From assembly GCA_045615665.1 (NCBI GenBank), contig JAZLFJ010000028.1, forward strand, positions 16,145 through 80,144: a DNA stretch of 64,000 bases, given 5' to 3'. The DNA is from Bacilli bacterium (GTDB taxonomy: Bacteria > Bacillota_I > Bacilli_A > RFN20 > CAG-826). Shown in pieces: positions 38,428 through 48,708 of the stretch. Each line of letters opens with the position of its first letter. The stretch's first letter is position 1. Under the pieces are notes generated by a model, which was not told the DNA's origin, made no database searches, and saw only the letters and a list, made by a program, of their open reading frames with translations. A program made the translations under genes and the position numbers.

Positions 38428-40031
38428 TTGAGACAATTGATAAGATTGCTAAAAAAGCAAATATTGCCGAACAATATATCGACTTCTATGGTAAATATAA
38501 AGCCAAGATAGATTTATCTATTTTTAACGAACTTAAAAATAAACCAGATGGAAAACTTGTTTTGGTGACTGCAATTACTCCTACAAAGGCTGGAGAAGGT
38601 AAAACCACTATGTCAATTGCCTTAACCGAAGGCTTTGCAAAAAATGGAGTCCGCTGCATGCTCTGTCTAAGAGAACCATCAATGGGGCCTGTTTTCGGTT
38701 TAAAAGGTGGAGCGACCGGTGGTGGTTTAGCTTCGATTGAGCCGAAAGATGATATCAATCTTCATTTTACAGGCGATATGCATGCTTTAACGAGCTCGAT
38801 TAATTTAATTGCTGCTGTTATCGATAACCATATTTTCCAAGGAAATGAACTAAATATTGATCCAAATAAAATCGTTTGGACTCGCGCTCTAGACATGAAT
38901 GACCGCGCCCTTAGAAGCGTGACCATCATGCAAGACGAAAAGAAAGGTACACCTCGACACGATTCGTTCGTAATAACTGTCGCTTCTGAATTGATGGCGA
39001 TTCTTTGCTTAGCAAAAGATCCAGGAGATTTCAAAAATAGGGTAAATAATATTCTCGTAGCATATACCTATGACGATAAGCCTGTATATCTAAAAGAATT
39101 AAGAATATCTAATGCGATTATGAAGCTTATGAAAGAGGCATTAAAACCAAACTTGGTTCAAACTGTTGAAAATAATCCCGTACTTGTTCATGGTGGACCG
39201 TTTGCAAATATTGCTCATGGTTGTAATTCGATAATTGCACTCAAGATGGCGCTTAAACTTGGCGATGTAGTTGTAACAGAGGCAGGCTTTGGCGCTGACC
39301 TTGGAGCCGAGAAATTTTTAGATATATGTTGTCCAACTGGAAATCTCAAACCAAATGGAGTCGTTTTAGTTGCGACAATACGCGCCCTAAAGGAACATGG
39401 CGGCGTAGCGTTTGAAGAATTAAATAAACCAAATGTTGAAGCTCTTAAACTTGGTGTAGCCAATCTTAAATTACATCTTGAGAATATCTCTAAATATGCT
39501 CTTCCAGTTGTGGTTGCGATAAATCACTTTGCCGACGATTCTAAAGAAGAGATAGAATACCTTACAAATTGGTGCGTTGAAAATGGCTATGAAGTTAGTT
39601 TTGTCGATGGCTTTTTAAAAGGCGGAAATGGATCGACCGATTTAGCGTCAAAAGTTTCAAAAGTGCTTGCAAAATCCGAATCAAATTATAAAAAGTTATA
39701 TGGTTTTAACCTCCCAATTAAGGCGAAGATTGAAACGATTTGTAAAGAGATTTATCGTGCTGGAAAAGTTGAATTTTCTGATAAGTCATTAGAAGAGATT
39801 TCTAAGTTTGAAAAACTAGGCTATTCTCACACTGCAATCTGCATGGCAAAAACACCTTTATCTATTAGCGACGACCCTAAAGTATTTGGAGCTCCAATTG
39901 GTTCGACAATTCATATTAGAGATGTCAAATTATCTAGTGGTGCTAATTTCATCGTTGCCTTAACCGGAAAAGTGATGACAATGCCAGGTTTACCAAAAGT
40001 TCCTGCCGCTGTTAAAATGGAAGACGAATAA
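38424..40031 (+). CDS. fhs: Formate--tetrahydrofolate ligase
   Basis: TAITPTKAGEGKTT, KGGATGGG, HGGPFANIAHG, TEAGFGADLGAEKF, MTMPGLP. Confidence 0.96.
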   Translation: MIETIDKIAKKANIAEQYIDFYGKYKAKIDLSIFNELKNKPDGKLVLVTAITPTKAGEGKTTMSIALTEGFAKNGVRCMLCLREPSMGPVFGLKGGATGGGLASIEPKDDINLHFTGDMHALTSSINLIAAVIDNHIFQGNELNIDPNKIVWTRALDMNDRALRSVTIMQDEKKGTPRHDSFVITVASELMAILCLAKDPGDFKNRVNNILVAYTYDDKPVYLKELRISNAIMKLMKEALKPNLVQTVENNPVLVHGGPFANIAHGCNSIIALKMALKLGDVVVTEAGFGADLGAEKFLDICCPTGNLKPNGVVLVATIRALKEHGGVAFEELNKPNVEALKLGVANLKLHLENISKYALPVVVAINHFADDSKEEIEYLTNWCVENGYEVSFVDGFLKGGNGSTDLASKVSKVLAKSESNYKKLYGFNLPIKAKIETICKEIYRAGKVEFSDKSLEEISKFEKLGYSHTAICMAKTPLSISDDPKVFGAPIGSTIHIRDVKLSSGANFIVALTGKVMTMPGLPKVPAAVKMEDE

Positions 40032-40234
40032 TGAAAACGTTTGATTATCAACTTGGCGATATCGTGGAAATGAAGAAGCCTCATCCTTGTGCTTCTCATT
40101 CCAAACTTTTCGAAATAGTTAGAGTTGGTGCAGATCTTAAAATAAAATGCCTCGGATGCGGAAATATTATCATCATCTCTCGAGACAACTTTAATAAGCG
40201 TTTTAAAAAAGTTATCAAAGATAAAAATAACTAA
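40031..40234 (+). CDS. DUF951 family protein
   Basis: LGDIVEMKKPHPC...RVGADLKIKCLGC. Confidence 0.88.
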   Translation: MKTFDYQLGDIVEMKKPHPCASHSKLFEIVRVGADLKIKCLGCGNIIIISRDNFNKRFKKVIKDKNN

Positions 40235-40278
40235 TTCAACAAATATCGATTTTATCTCAGTAATAAGTATATAGAGAT

Positions 40279-42378
40279 ATGTCGATATTTTTATTAGAAA
40301 ACATTTCCAAAATTTATAAGACCGGTAGTGGTGAGTTTTATGCGTTGAAAGATATTTCTCTTTCTTTTAGATCTACTGGTCTAGTTTCAATAGTGGGAAA
40401 GTCTGGCTCTGGTAAATCAACTTTATTAAATATATTGCTAGGAATTGAAAAGCCATCATCTGGGTCCTTGAAGTTTAATGGTCGTCAAATTAATAAGATG
40501 TCAGATAAGTCTTTCTCAAAATATCACCTCAATGATGTTTCAATGGTTTTTCAACACTACAACATTTTTGATGATTTAAGTGCAAAAGATAATGTAATGC
40601 TCCCTTTGCTAATGAAGGGTTATTCAAAAACTAAAGCAGAAAAAATCGTTAATAAATATTTTGAAGACTTTTCTTTAACTTATCTTTCTAATCAAAAATC
40701 AAAACTTCTATCAGGAGGAGAAAAACAAAGAATTGCAATTTTAAGAGCGATAGTCATTTCACCTAAAATTATCCTCTGCGATGAACCAACTGGCGCGCTA
40801 GATTCAAAAAATTCTCTAGCGATTATGGAAATGCTTAAAGAATTATCTAAAAAGATTTTGGTAATCCATGTTTCTCATAATAAAACTCTAGTGAACCAGT
40901 TCTCAGATCGAATCATCACTTTAAAAGATGGTAAAATTTTTGATGATAGGACAATTAATGAATCTGGAAATAATTTTCCCAACAATTTTAAAGGAGCTTA
41001 TTCTTCAAAGTGGTCGACTTTGTTCGTAAAAATTAATCTAAAGATTAATATCAAGAAAAATATCTTTTCTATCATCGCCTGCACAATTGGTTTTGCTTCT
41101 ATTCTTCTATCTTTTGGTTTTAAAGAAGGCAGCAATATTTCTCAAGAAAACGCGCTAAAGAATAATTTATCTTTGCTACATGCTACTGCTTCAGAAAAAA
41201 CAACTTTTGAAATTGAAAATTCTCCTTTAAATTACGAAAAATCAATTCGCCCTTCTTTGGAGAGCATTGATGGAAATTTAGAGAATATTGATGTCGCTAT
41301 TGAACCTTGTTTATCTTATTTATTTCCAACTTATCCATTTGGTAGATATCAAAATGTGGTGGTGGAAAATTTCCAGATGGTTCCTCTCTATGACATTTCT
41401 TTAGAAACATATGGAAAACAACTACTCGTCAGTGGAATCCCTCCTAAAGAAAAGATCGATGAAGTTATAGTGAATGAGGAATTCGTCAAACTTCTTAAGA
41501 AAGATAATATGTCGATTATTGATGATTTATTCAATATCTCGTTTTCGACATCATTAAATTATTCAACAGGTGATTTTGATAACCCAATCGTTAAAGATGA
41601 TTTTTCTTTTGACTACAACTTAAGAATAGCGGGGGTGGTGAAAGAATTCTCTTTTTTAAACACCCCTAAAATTTATTATTCTTATAAAGCATTGAAGAAA
41701 GAATTAGATACATTGTATCTAGAGAATATTTCTTTATCTTTAAAAAGGCCCACAACCATTCTTGATTATTTAGAAAGCGTTAAGGAAGATGATGTTATTT
41801 CGAATTATTGTTCTGAAATCTTTTTAACATCGATTGATGACTCGTCTATCTTTTTTGAAACAATTAAAAAGCTTAAAGATAACAATTCGTCGTTTCAAAT
41901 TGAATCGAACGCTTATGATATTCAACAGTCATATAAAACCTTTATTGAGTCGTTTTCTACTGCATTATTCGTTTTTGTTATCATTGCTTTTATCGGAGTC
42001 AATTTCATCTTAGGAATGATTTCTTTATCAACCTTTATAGAAAATAAAAAGAATAGTGCAATTTTAACTTGTTTAGGTGCAAGGCATAGATCAATCCAGT
42101 CGATATATTTAACTGAGAATTATCTTCTTATTACGATATCGGTTATTTTATCGATTTTTTTATCGCTTCTGAGCCAGTTTGTCTTAAACAACATTATTAG
42201 TCAAAACTTTGCGTTAAATAATCTTATTAGCATCCCTTTTTCAAATTTCTTAAATGTGCCATTTGGGCTAGTAATATTTTTGTTTGTTATCGCTACTATT
42301 TTTTCAACTGTATTTACATTAACACCGATGCTTATTTATCGACACATTTCATTAAGCGATGAATTGAGGGATGAATGA
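40279..42378 (+). CDS. MacB/FtsX-type (type VII) ABC transporter, fused ATPase + permease
   Basis: GKSGSGKS, LSGGEKQR, LCDEPTG; one TM, large external domain, three C-terminal TMs. Confidence 0.88.
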   Translation: MSIFLLENISKIYKTGSGEFYALKDISLSFRSTGLVSIVGKSGSGKSTLLNILLGIEKPSSGSLKFNGRQINKMSDKSFSKYHLNDVSMVFQHYNIFDDLSAKDNVMLPLLMKGYSKTKAEKIVNKYFEDFSLTYLSNQKSKLLSGGEKQRIAILRAIVISPKIILCDEPTGALDSKNSLAIMEMLKELSKKILVIHVSHNKTLVNQFSDRIITLKDGKIFDDRTINESGNNFPNNFKGAYSSKWSTLFVKINLKINIKKNIFSIIACTIGFASILLSFGFKEGSNISQENALKNNLSLLHATASEKTTFEIENSPLNYEKSIRPSLESIDGNLENIDVAIEPCLSYLFPTYPFGRYQNVVVENFQMVPLYDISLETYGKQLLVSGIPPKEKIDEVIVNEEFVKLLKKDNMSIIDDLFNISFSTSLNYSTGDFDNPIVKDDFSFDYNLRIAGVVKEFSFLNTPKIYYSYKALKKELDTLYLENISLSLKRPTTILDYLESVKEDDVISNYCSEIFLTSIDDSSIFFETIKKLKDNNSSFQIESNAYDIQQSYKTFIESFSTALFVFVIIAFIGVNFILGMISLSTFIENKKNSAILTCLGARHRSIQSIYLTENYLLITISVILSIFLSLLSQFVLNNIISQNFALNNLISIPFSNFLNVPFGLVIFLFVIATIFSTVFTLTPMLIYRHISLSDELRDE

Positions 42379-45188
42379 TGATCGAAATTAAAAAATTTTC
42401 AAAGCGTTTTGGCGAAAGAATTATCTATGATAATATTTCTCTTTCTTTACCCCAAAATGGAGTAGTTGCAATCGTCGGAGAATCAGGAAGCGGGAAGACG
42501 ACCTTATTGAACGCTATCGCTGGACTAGATTTTGATTACGATGGCGAAATACTTATCGACTCCACCAATCTAAAGAGTTTGTCCCAAAACGATATATGCG
42601 ATTATCGAATTCATAACATCGGATACGTGTTTCAAAATTTTAATTTGTTAAATCTCGATAATGTTAAGAACAATATCCTTTTACCTTTCGAATCAATTTC
42701 TAATTCTTCAAAAAAGGTTAAGGAAAGAAAGGTTGATGAGCTCACCAATCTCTTAGGAATATCAAAACTAAAGAAGGAGCCTATTAACAAATTATCCGGA
42801 GGAGAAAAGCAAAGGGTCGCAATTGCTCGGGCTATGATCAACTCACCTAAAGTAATTTTATGCGACGAACCTACCGGTGCATTAGACGAATCTAATAGTG
42901 ATCAGATTTACGCGCTTTTACGAAAAATATCCCGCAAATCCATAATATTAATTGCCTCACACGATTATGAAGGAGTTAGCAAAATCGCTGATAAAATCAT
43001 AAAAATAGAAGATGGAAAAATCTTTTCAATTCAAGAAAACAAAATCGAAGATGATGAAGAAGTTCATTTTTTAGAAAACAATCACGAAGTAGATAGCGGT
43101 GCTTTACCAGTAGGCTTCAAGCTTCGTCATTCGTTACAAAAACTTAAATCGAAGAAATATCGGAGCCTAATAACTAACGGGATGCTTTCTTTATCTTTGA
43201 CTGGAATTGGAATCGCTATTATTCTTGCGACTTCTGTTTCAAAAAGGATTGAAGAAGCTTTTTCTTCTTTAACAAATGGCAATCAAATTGTTATGTCTTT
43301 GAAGCAAGAATCGCAGAATACTTTCTCAAACGCTTACAGCGCACCCTTGGATCGAGTAGAAGATATTTATGATAAATATAATTACTATTTAAAAGGAATA
43401 GGCACTAATTATTTGGTGAACTTTGAGGATTTCTTTAAAGATCAAAATGATGTCTATGTTTCTTCAACTCCTTATAAAATTTCTCTTCCATATTATTCAA
43501 CTCGTTCTATCAACGATTTTAAGTGGTTAAATGATGAGCAAAAAATCTTATATCCTTACAGCGCCCCTATTTTAGAAGAGGACCAAGTTGTTTTAGGTTT
43601 AACATATGCCCAAATGGTGAATTTATGTTTTGAACTTAAAATACAACGAAACTTCACATCCCTAGGGCATTATCTTTATGAGAACGGCTTATCTATCACA
43701 TTAGAAATAAGAAATAATTCCTGGCAATATGATGATGAACAAATCTTTGAAGTTAAAGCGGTAACCGAGACTAATCGCGCTATCTTTTATCACACCAATA
43801 CATTGTGGAATGAAAAAGTTTTTGAAGAGACGATGCTTTTACCAAGTGATGATGATGGTGAAACATTTTTTCCTTGGGAAATGCACAAAATTTACTATTT
43901 TGAAACAATCGAAGATCCACAAACATTTTTGGATGCGATATTTTTTGATGAGGAATTCTCTGATTTCGTCTTTGAAAGAACTAATGCTAACTATAATCCA
44001 AATCTATGTTTAGAAGGAGAATTATGTTCTGAAAACCGAGTGATGATTTATTTGGCAGATAAAATCGCCATCTCCCCTAACGACATCAAAAATTTAGAAG
44101 AAATAGAACCAAATATAAAAGATTACTATTTTATCAGTGAATTCGGTTACGCAAGCTTTGCTTCTAATTTATTGAGCGGTTTTTCAAAAAGTTTATTTGT
44201 CTCGTGTGATGAAACAAAAATCCTTATGGCGGTCGATGCTGATTCAGAAATTCAAGATTCAACAGTTCAAATCGATCTTCCAGACGATGTCGCCCAGGGT
44301 AATTTTTTGAATGGAATTTCGGGTGGAGTAAGATTTTCTTCAAAATTTGACAAATTAATCGAAGGAAGAAAGCCGTCAAATAATCATGAAATCGTTATCT
44401 CGAAAGGGCTGGCCTCTAAAATAGATCCACAAGGAGTTGGATTAGGAAAATATCTCTATATTGCGGGGGAAAATAACGAATATTATTCTCAAGAAGATAA
44501 GATAAATAAGGAATATCAAGTTGATAAAGTGGTTATTGTTGGTATCACCGATGAAGAGAAAAATTATCTTTATCATGATTGCCTTTGGACAATATCCTTT
44601 TTTCGAGATAGGCTTGGGGTTTCTTCTTTCCATTTGATTCCTACATCCGCTGTGATTGAACTCGACGATAAGGTGGATGCTTCTAATCTAGTTAGTAAAT
44701 TGAATTCAATATTTCGTGAATACAATTTTTCTTCTCCGGTGGATGAGATATCAAAAAGCGTTGATTCAACTTTAAAATATGCAAATGCGATACTAATTGG
44801 TTTTTCTACCTTGGCAACTCTAATCTCTATTCTTTTACTTGGAACTGTTGTTTTGCTTAATGTTTTAGAAAGCAAAGATGAAATATTTCTACTTGGAGTA
44901 GTGGGAATAAAACAAAAAGAAATCAATTCATTGTTTGTTGTTCAATCGCTAGTTCAAGGTTTGATCGCCTTCATTCTTTGTGCAGTCGAACTTATTGTGG
45001 TGGATTACGTCATCTCTCTAGCACTTGGTGAAACACTTCACACTAAGATTGGTTATACGTTTAATTATCTTCCGATTCTAATCATCTTTATCTTTGCAAC
45101 CATTCTTCCATATTTAACCTCACTTGTTTTAGTGAAATCACTAACGTTTAGAAAGGGAAAAGAGGTTGCTAAAAGCAAAGCAAATTGA
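42375..45188 (+). CDS. Second MacB/FtsX-type ABC transporter, fused ATPase + permease with enlarged external region
   Basis: GESGSGKT, LSGGEKQR, LCDEPTG; same topology; start overlaps previous stop. Confidence 0.88.
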   Translation: MMIEIKKFSKRFGERIIYDNISLSLPQNGVVAIVGESGSGKTTLLNAIAGLDFDYDGEILIDSTNLKSLSQNDICDYRIHNIGYVFQNFNLLNLDNVKNNILLPFESISNSSKKVKERKVDELTNLLGISKLKKEPINKLSGGEKQRVAIARAMINSPKVILCDEPTGALDESNSDQIYALLRKISRKSIILIASHDYEGVSKIADKIIKIEDGKIFSIQENKIEDDEEVHFLENNHEVDSGALPVGFKLRHSLQKLKSKKYRSLITNGMLSLSLTGIGIAIILATSVSKRIEEAFSSLTNGNQIVMSLKQESQNTFSNAYSAPLDRVEDIYDKYNYYLKGIGTNYLVNFEDFFKDQNDVYVSSTPYKISLPYYSTRSINDFKWLNDEQKILYPYSAPILEEDQVVLGLTYAQMVNLCFELKIQRNFTSLGHYLYENGLSITLEIRNNSWQYDDEQIFEVKAVTETNRAIFYHTNTLWNEKVFEETMLLPSDDDGETFFPWEMHKIYYFETIEDPQTFLDAIFFDEEFSDFVFERTNANYNPNLCLEGELCSENRVMIYLADKIAISPNDIKNLEEIEPNIKDYYFISEFGYASFASNLLSGFSKSLFVSCDETKILMAVDADSEIQDSTVQIDLPDDVAQGNFLNGISGGVRFSSKFDKLIEGRKPSNNHEIVISKGLASKIDPQGVGLGKYLYIAGENNEYYSQEDKINKEYQVDKVVIVGITDEEKNYLYHDCLWTISFFRDRLGVSSFHLIPTSAVIELDDKVDASNLVSKLNSIFREYNFSSPVDEISKSVDSTLKYANAILIGFSTLATLISILLLGTVVLLNVLESKDEIFLLGVVGIKQKEINSLFVVQSLVQGLIAFILCAVELIVVDYVISLALGETLHTKIGYTFNYLPILIIFIFATILPYLTSLVLVKSLTFRKGKEVAKSKAN

Positions 45189-45201
45189 TAACCTTATTAC
45201 C

Positions 45202-46716
45202 ATGGAAACGAAGTCGTTATTTATTCTTCCAATTCTAGCAACCTTCTTAGCGAGTTGCGGTTTTGGTGGTACTCACATCATTAATTATGATTCAACTTCT
45301 TTAGTTCCTATTGATCCTCAACAGCCAGATTCTGGTGATGGCTATCAAAAAATATCAGAATTCGCTTTTAATCTTCAGGATGTTAAAAAGACGACCGAAA
45401 CCAACGGTCTATCATCTACCGGAGATAGCAAACTGTTAGTTGTACCAGTTCAATTTTCCAACGCTCCAGAATGGACGAACGCTAAACTAGAAGTAATTCA
45501 ACGCGCCTTTTTTGGTGAAGCAGGAGAGACAAGTTGGCAGTCTGTTGCGTCTTACTATAAAACCTCTAGTTATGGAAATTTAAATATTAGTGGTGAAATC
45601 GCACCAGTTTTTAAAGTGGATGTTACGATGGAAGAAGCTTCCTCTTATGTTAAAGACGACAATCCTTCTCCAGATGCTGTTGTTACTAGTTATTTTAAAG
45701 AAGATAAAAATTACGATGAACTTCGTAAAAAATACGATGTTGATAATGACGGTTATGTTGACTCTATTGCTTTTATCTATTCCAACTCTCCAAAAAACCA
45801 AAATGGTTATTGGGCTTGGGTTTACTGGACCGATGAAGTTCGTTCAAGCGAGCTACCAAATGTGAATACTTATCTTTGGATGTCCTATTCTTTCTTTACT
45901 GGTTCTAAATATGCTGGTTATGGCTCAGGAATAGATGCTCATACCGCAATACATGAAGTTGGTCATCTATTAGGATTAGATGATTATTATTTGTATCAAG
46001 ACGATCCATATGAAAAAACATTTGATCCAAGTGGTGGAATCGAAATGCATTCCTATAACATTGGAGACGATAATATCTATTCAAAATTCGCTCTTGGATG
46101 GGTTAATCCCTATTACGTTAAAACAGAAAAATCCGTCTCTTTGAAGCTTAGATCCTCCGCTTTGTATGGTGACGCAATCATCATCAACGATTCCTGGAAC
46201 ATGAATTCGATGGATGAATATTTAATAATTGAATATTACACTCCGCAAGGTATGAACGAGAAAGACGCGCTTCAATCTTATTCGGCAAACACAACTTCTG
46301 GAACAGACAGGATGTATACCGTAAATGGATTTAGAATCTATCATATAGATTCACGATTAGTTGAGATCGAGGCTAGGGGACGCGCAACTCGCTACGTCGA
46401 AACTCTTGGCGATAAATATTATGCTGTTGGAGCGAGCAATACCCCTGAGAGAAGTCGCTTATCTGATTTCCAAAGCATGCAAAACGCTATTGATTATAAA
46501 TACGTACATTTGTTAGAATCTAATGGAACAAATACATTTAAGAAAGGTTCTTTCGCTACAAACGCAACCCTGTTTAAAGATGATTCTTCGTTTGTAGCTA
46601 GTTCCGAGTTTTTCCCCAACGGGGACAAATTCAACAATGGGACGACGGTCGGTTACAAAATTACAGTTCAAAAATGTACAAGTGATTTTGGGGAAATAAC
46701 AATCACCAAAATATAA
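45202..46716 (+). CDS. M6 family (immune inhibitor A-like) zinc metalloprotease lipoprotein
   Basis: Lipobox FLASC; DVDNDGYVDSI; HEVGHLLGLDDYY; YSKFALGWVNP; alternative TTG start at 45166. Confidence 0.82.
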   Translation: METKSLFILPILATFLASCGFGGTHIINYDSTSLVPIDPQQPDSGDGYQKISEFAFNLQDVKKTTETNGLSSTGDSKLLVVPVQFSNAPEWTNAKLEVIQRAFFGEAGETSWQSVASYYKTSSYGNLNISGEIAPVFKVDVTMEEASSYVKDDNPSPDAVVTSYFKEDKNYDELRKKYDVDNDGYVDSIAFIYSNSPKNQNGYWAWVYWTDEVRSSELPNVNTYLWMSYSFFTGSKYAGYGSGIDAHTAIHEVGHLLGLDDYYLYQDDPYEKTFDPSGGIEMHSYNIGDDNIYSKFALGWVNPYYVKTEKSVSLKLRSSALYGDAIIINDSWNMNSMDEYLIIEYYTPQGMNEKDALQSYSANTTSGTDRMYTVNGFRIYHIDSRLVEIEARGRATRYVETLGDKYYAVGASNTPERSRLSDFQSMQNAIDYKYVHLLESNGTNTFKKGSFATNATLFKDDSSFVASSEFFPNGDKFNNGTTVGYKITVQKCTSDFGEITITKI

Positions 46717-46778
46717 TCTATTCTCATTTCATAAAAGGTGGGAATAGAAAGTGACGATGTCACTAGAAAGGCCTTTTT

Positions 46779-46976
46779 ATGAAAGGGAAAGTAATTAGGT
46801 TCAATAAGAATAAGGGCTTTGGTTTTATCAAAACCGATGATGGCAAAGACGTGTTCTTCCATTATTCTGAACTAGTCATGGAAGGTTTCAAAGACATAGC
46901 AGTTGGTTCGGATGTTGAATTCGATGTCACAGAAACTGAAAAGGGACTACGTGCCTCAAATGTGAAAAAGCTCTAA
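46779..46976 (+). CDS. Cold-shock protein
   Basis: KGFGFI (RNP1), VFFHYS (RNP2), ASNV. Confidence 0.93.
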   Translation: MKGKVIRFNKNKGFGFIKTDDGKDVFFHYSELVMEGFKDIAVGSDVEFDVTETEKGLRASNVKKL

Positions 46977-46998
46977 ATAATACTTGTATCAGCACTAT

Positions 46999-47026
46999 AA
47001 GAAAGCCTATTTGAGGCTTTTTCTTT
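46999..47026 (+). terminator. Terminator after the csp gene
   Basis: aaagcct-atttg-aggcttt followed by T-run. Confidence 0.65.
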
Positions 47027-47076
47027 ACTTTGTTTTTCACTCTACTATAATATAGTAAATCTAATGGAGGATTGAT

Positions 47077-48183
47077 ATGTCACTTAAAGCAGGTATAGTC
47101 GGACTTCCAAATGTTGGCAAATCAACTTTATTTAACGCAATTACGAATTCTCACGTCGAGGCAGCGAATTATCCTTTCGCGACCATTTCCCCTAACACTG
47201 GAGTAGTCAATGTTCCAGACGAGAGATTAGATTTCTTATCCAATTTATTTAATCCAAAACGCACGATTAATGCGACTTTTGAATTTTATGATATCGCCGG
47301 TTTAGTTAAAGGTGCTTCCAAAGGTGAAGGTCTTGGCAATCAATTTTTAGGTCACATTCGTGAATGCGATGCGATTGTTGAAGTGGTGAGATGCTTTGAT
47401 TCAAGTGAAATCATCCACGTTGAAGAAAGCGTTGATCCAAAACGAGATATCGAGACGATTAATCTTGAACTCGCTATGGCGGATTTAGCAACAGTTGAAA
47501 AACGTATTGCTGCTGTTGCAAATAAAGCGAGAGTCCAAAAAGACAAAGAATCTATTTATGAAATGTCTATTCTTGCTCCTTTACAAGAACTTTTATCCCA
47601 AGGTGAACCTGCTCGTAAGCTTTCTTTAAAGAAAGAAGATTATGAATACGCTTTTAAGAACTATCACCTATTAACTCTTAAACCAATTATTTATGTCGCT
47701 AATGTTTCTGGCGATGATTATATGGATTTAGATAACTGTAGATATCTTAATATCGTTAAAGAAATCGCAGCACAAGAAAAATCACAAGTAATACCAATAT
47801 CCTGTGAAATTGAATACGAATTATCATCTCTTCCAAAAGAAGAAAGAATTGAATTCTTAAAATCTTTAGGCGCTAGTGAATCTGGCTTAGATAAAGTAAT
47901 CAAGGCCGTGTATAAATTATTAAATTTATCAACATTCTTTACTGTCGGTGAAGATGAATGCCGCGCTTGGACATTTAAAAATGGTATGAGTGCTCCAGAA
48001 TGTGCTGGAATCATCCATACCGATTTTGAAAAAGGTTTTATAAAAGCGGAAGTTTATTCCTACGAAGATATTCATACTTATAAATCCGAAATTGCTTTGA
48101 AAGAAGCAGGTAAATTAAGAGTGGAAGGAAAGACATACGAGATGAAGGACGGCGATGTCGTCTTCTTTAGATTTAATGTTTAA
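47077..48183 (+). CDS. ychF: Redox-regulated ATPase YchF
   Basis: GLPNVGKSTLFN, ANYPFATI, DIAGLVKGASKGEGLGNQFL, GDVVFFRFNV. Confidence 0.97.
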   Translation: MSLKAGIVGLPNVGKSTLFNAITNSHVEAANYPFATISPNTGVVNVPDERLDFLSNLFNPKRTINATFEFYDIAGLVKGASKGEGLGNQFLGHIRECDAIVEVVRCFDSSEIIHVEESVDPKRDIETINLELAMADLATVEKRIAAVANKARVQKDKESIYEMSILAPLQELLSQGEPARKLSLKKEDYEYAFKNYHLLTLKPIIYVANVSGDDYMDLDNCRYLNIVKEIAAQEKSQVIPISCEIEYELSSLPKEERIEFLKSLGASESGLDKVIKAVYKLLNLSTFFTVGEDECRAWTFKNGMSAPECAGIIHTDFEKGFIKAEVYSYEDIHTYKSEIALKEAGKLRVEGKTYEMKDGDVVFFRFNV

Positions 48184-48193
48184 GGAGAAAATC

Positions 48194-48670
48194 ATGTATC
48201 GAATCGGTTTTAGTGAAGATATTCATCCAGTCATTGCTGGTCGAAAATTAATGCTTGGAGGAATAGAAATTCCTGCTCCTTTTGGTTTAGAGGGTCATAG
48301 CGACGCTGATGTCGTCTTGCATAGCGTTTGCGAATCTATTCTCGGTGCACTTGCCTTAGGCGATCTTGGAAGCTACTTCCCAGATAGTGATCCAAAATAT
48401 AAAGGAATTGCTAGTTCTATTCTTGTAGAAGAAGTAGTCATGATGATGGAAGAAAAAGGCTACAAAATCGGGAATATTGATATCCAAATCGCATGTGCTT
48501 CGCCTAAATTAGCGCCTCATGTTTTGGCGATGAGAAGTAACATTGCCTCACTACTTAAAACCGAAATTGATAATGTTTCAGTGAAGGCGATGAGTTTCAA
48601 CAAAGTTGGAGCGATTGGAAAAGGCGAAGCCATTCGTTCACAAGCTGTCACATTGCTAATCAAAAATTAA
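48194..48670 (+). CDS. ispF: 2-C-methyl-D-erythritol 2,4-cyclodiphosphate synthase
   Basis: RIGFSEDIH, GHSDADVVLH, GDLGSYFPD, PKLAPH. Confidence 0.92.
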   Translation: MYRIGFSEDIHPVIAGRKLMLGGIEIPAPFGLEGHSDADVVLHSVCESILGALALGDLGSYFPDSDPKYKGIASSILVEEVVMMMEEKGYKIGNIDIQIACASPKLAPHVLAMRSNIASLLKTEIDNVSVKAMSFNKVGAIGKGEAIRSQAVTLLIKN

Positions 48671-48671
48671 C

Positions 48672-48700
48672 TTGCACGTACACATATATATACGTATAAT
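48672..48700 (+). promoter_or_regulatory. sigmaA promoter of argS
   Basis: ttgcac-17 nt-tataat, 8 nt before the ATG; no SD. Confidence 0.75.
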
Positions 48701-48708
48701 ACTACCCT

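Noticed and set aside
39980-40031. Fhs ends about a dozen residues early, suggesting a pseudogene
   Set aside because: All catalytic motifs are intact and the stop overlaps the next start; most likely a natural short C-terminus
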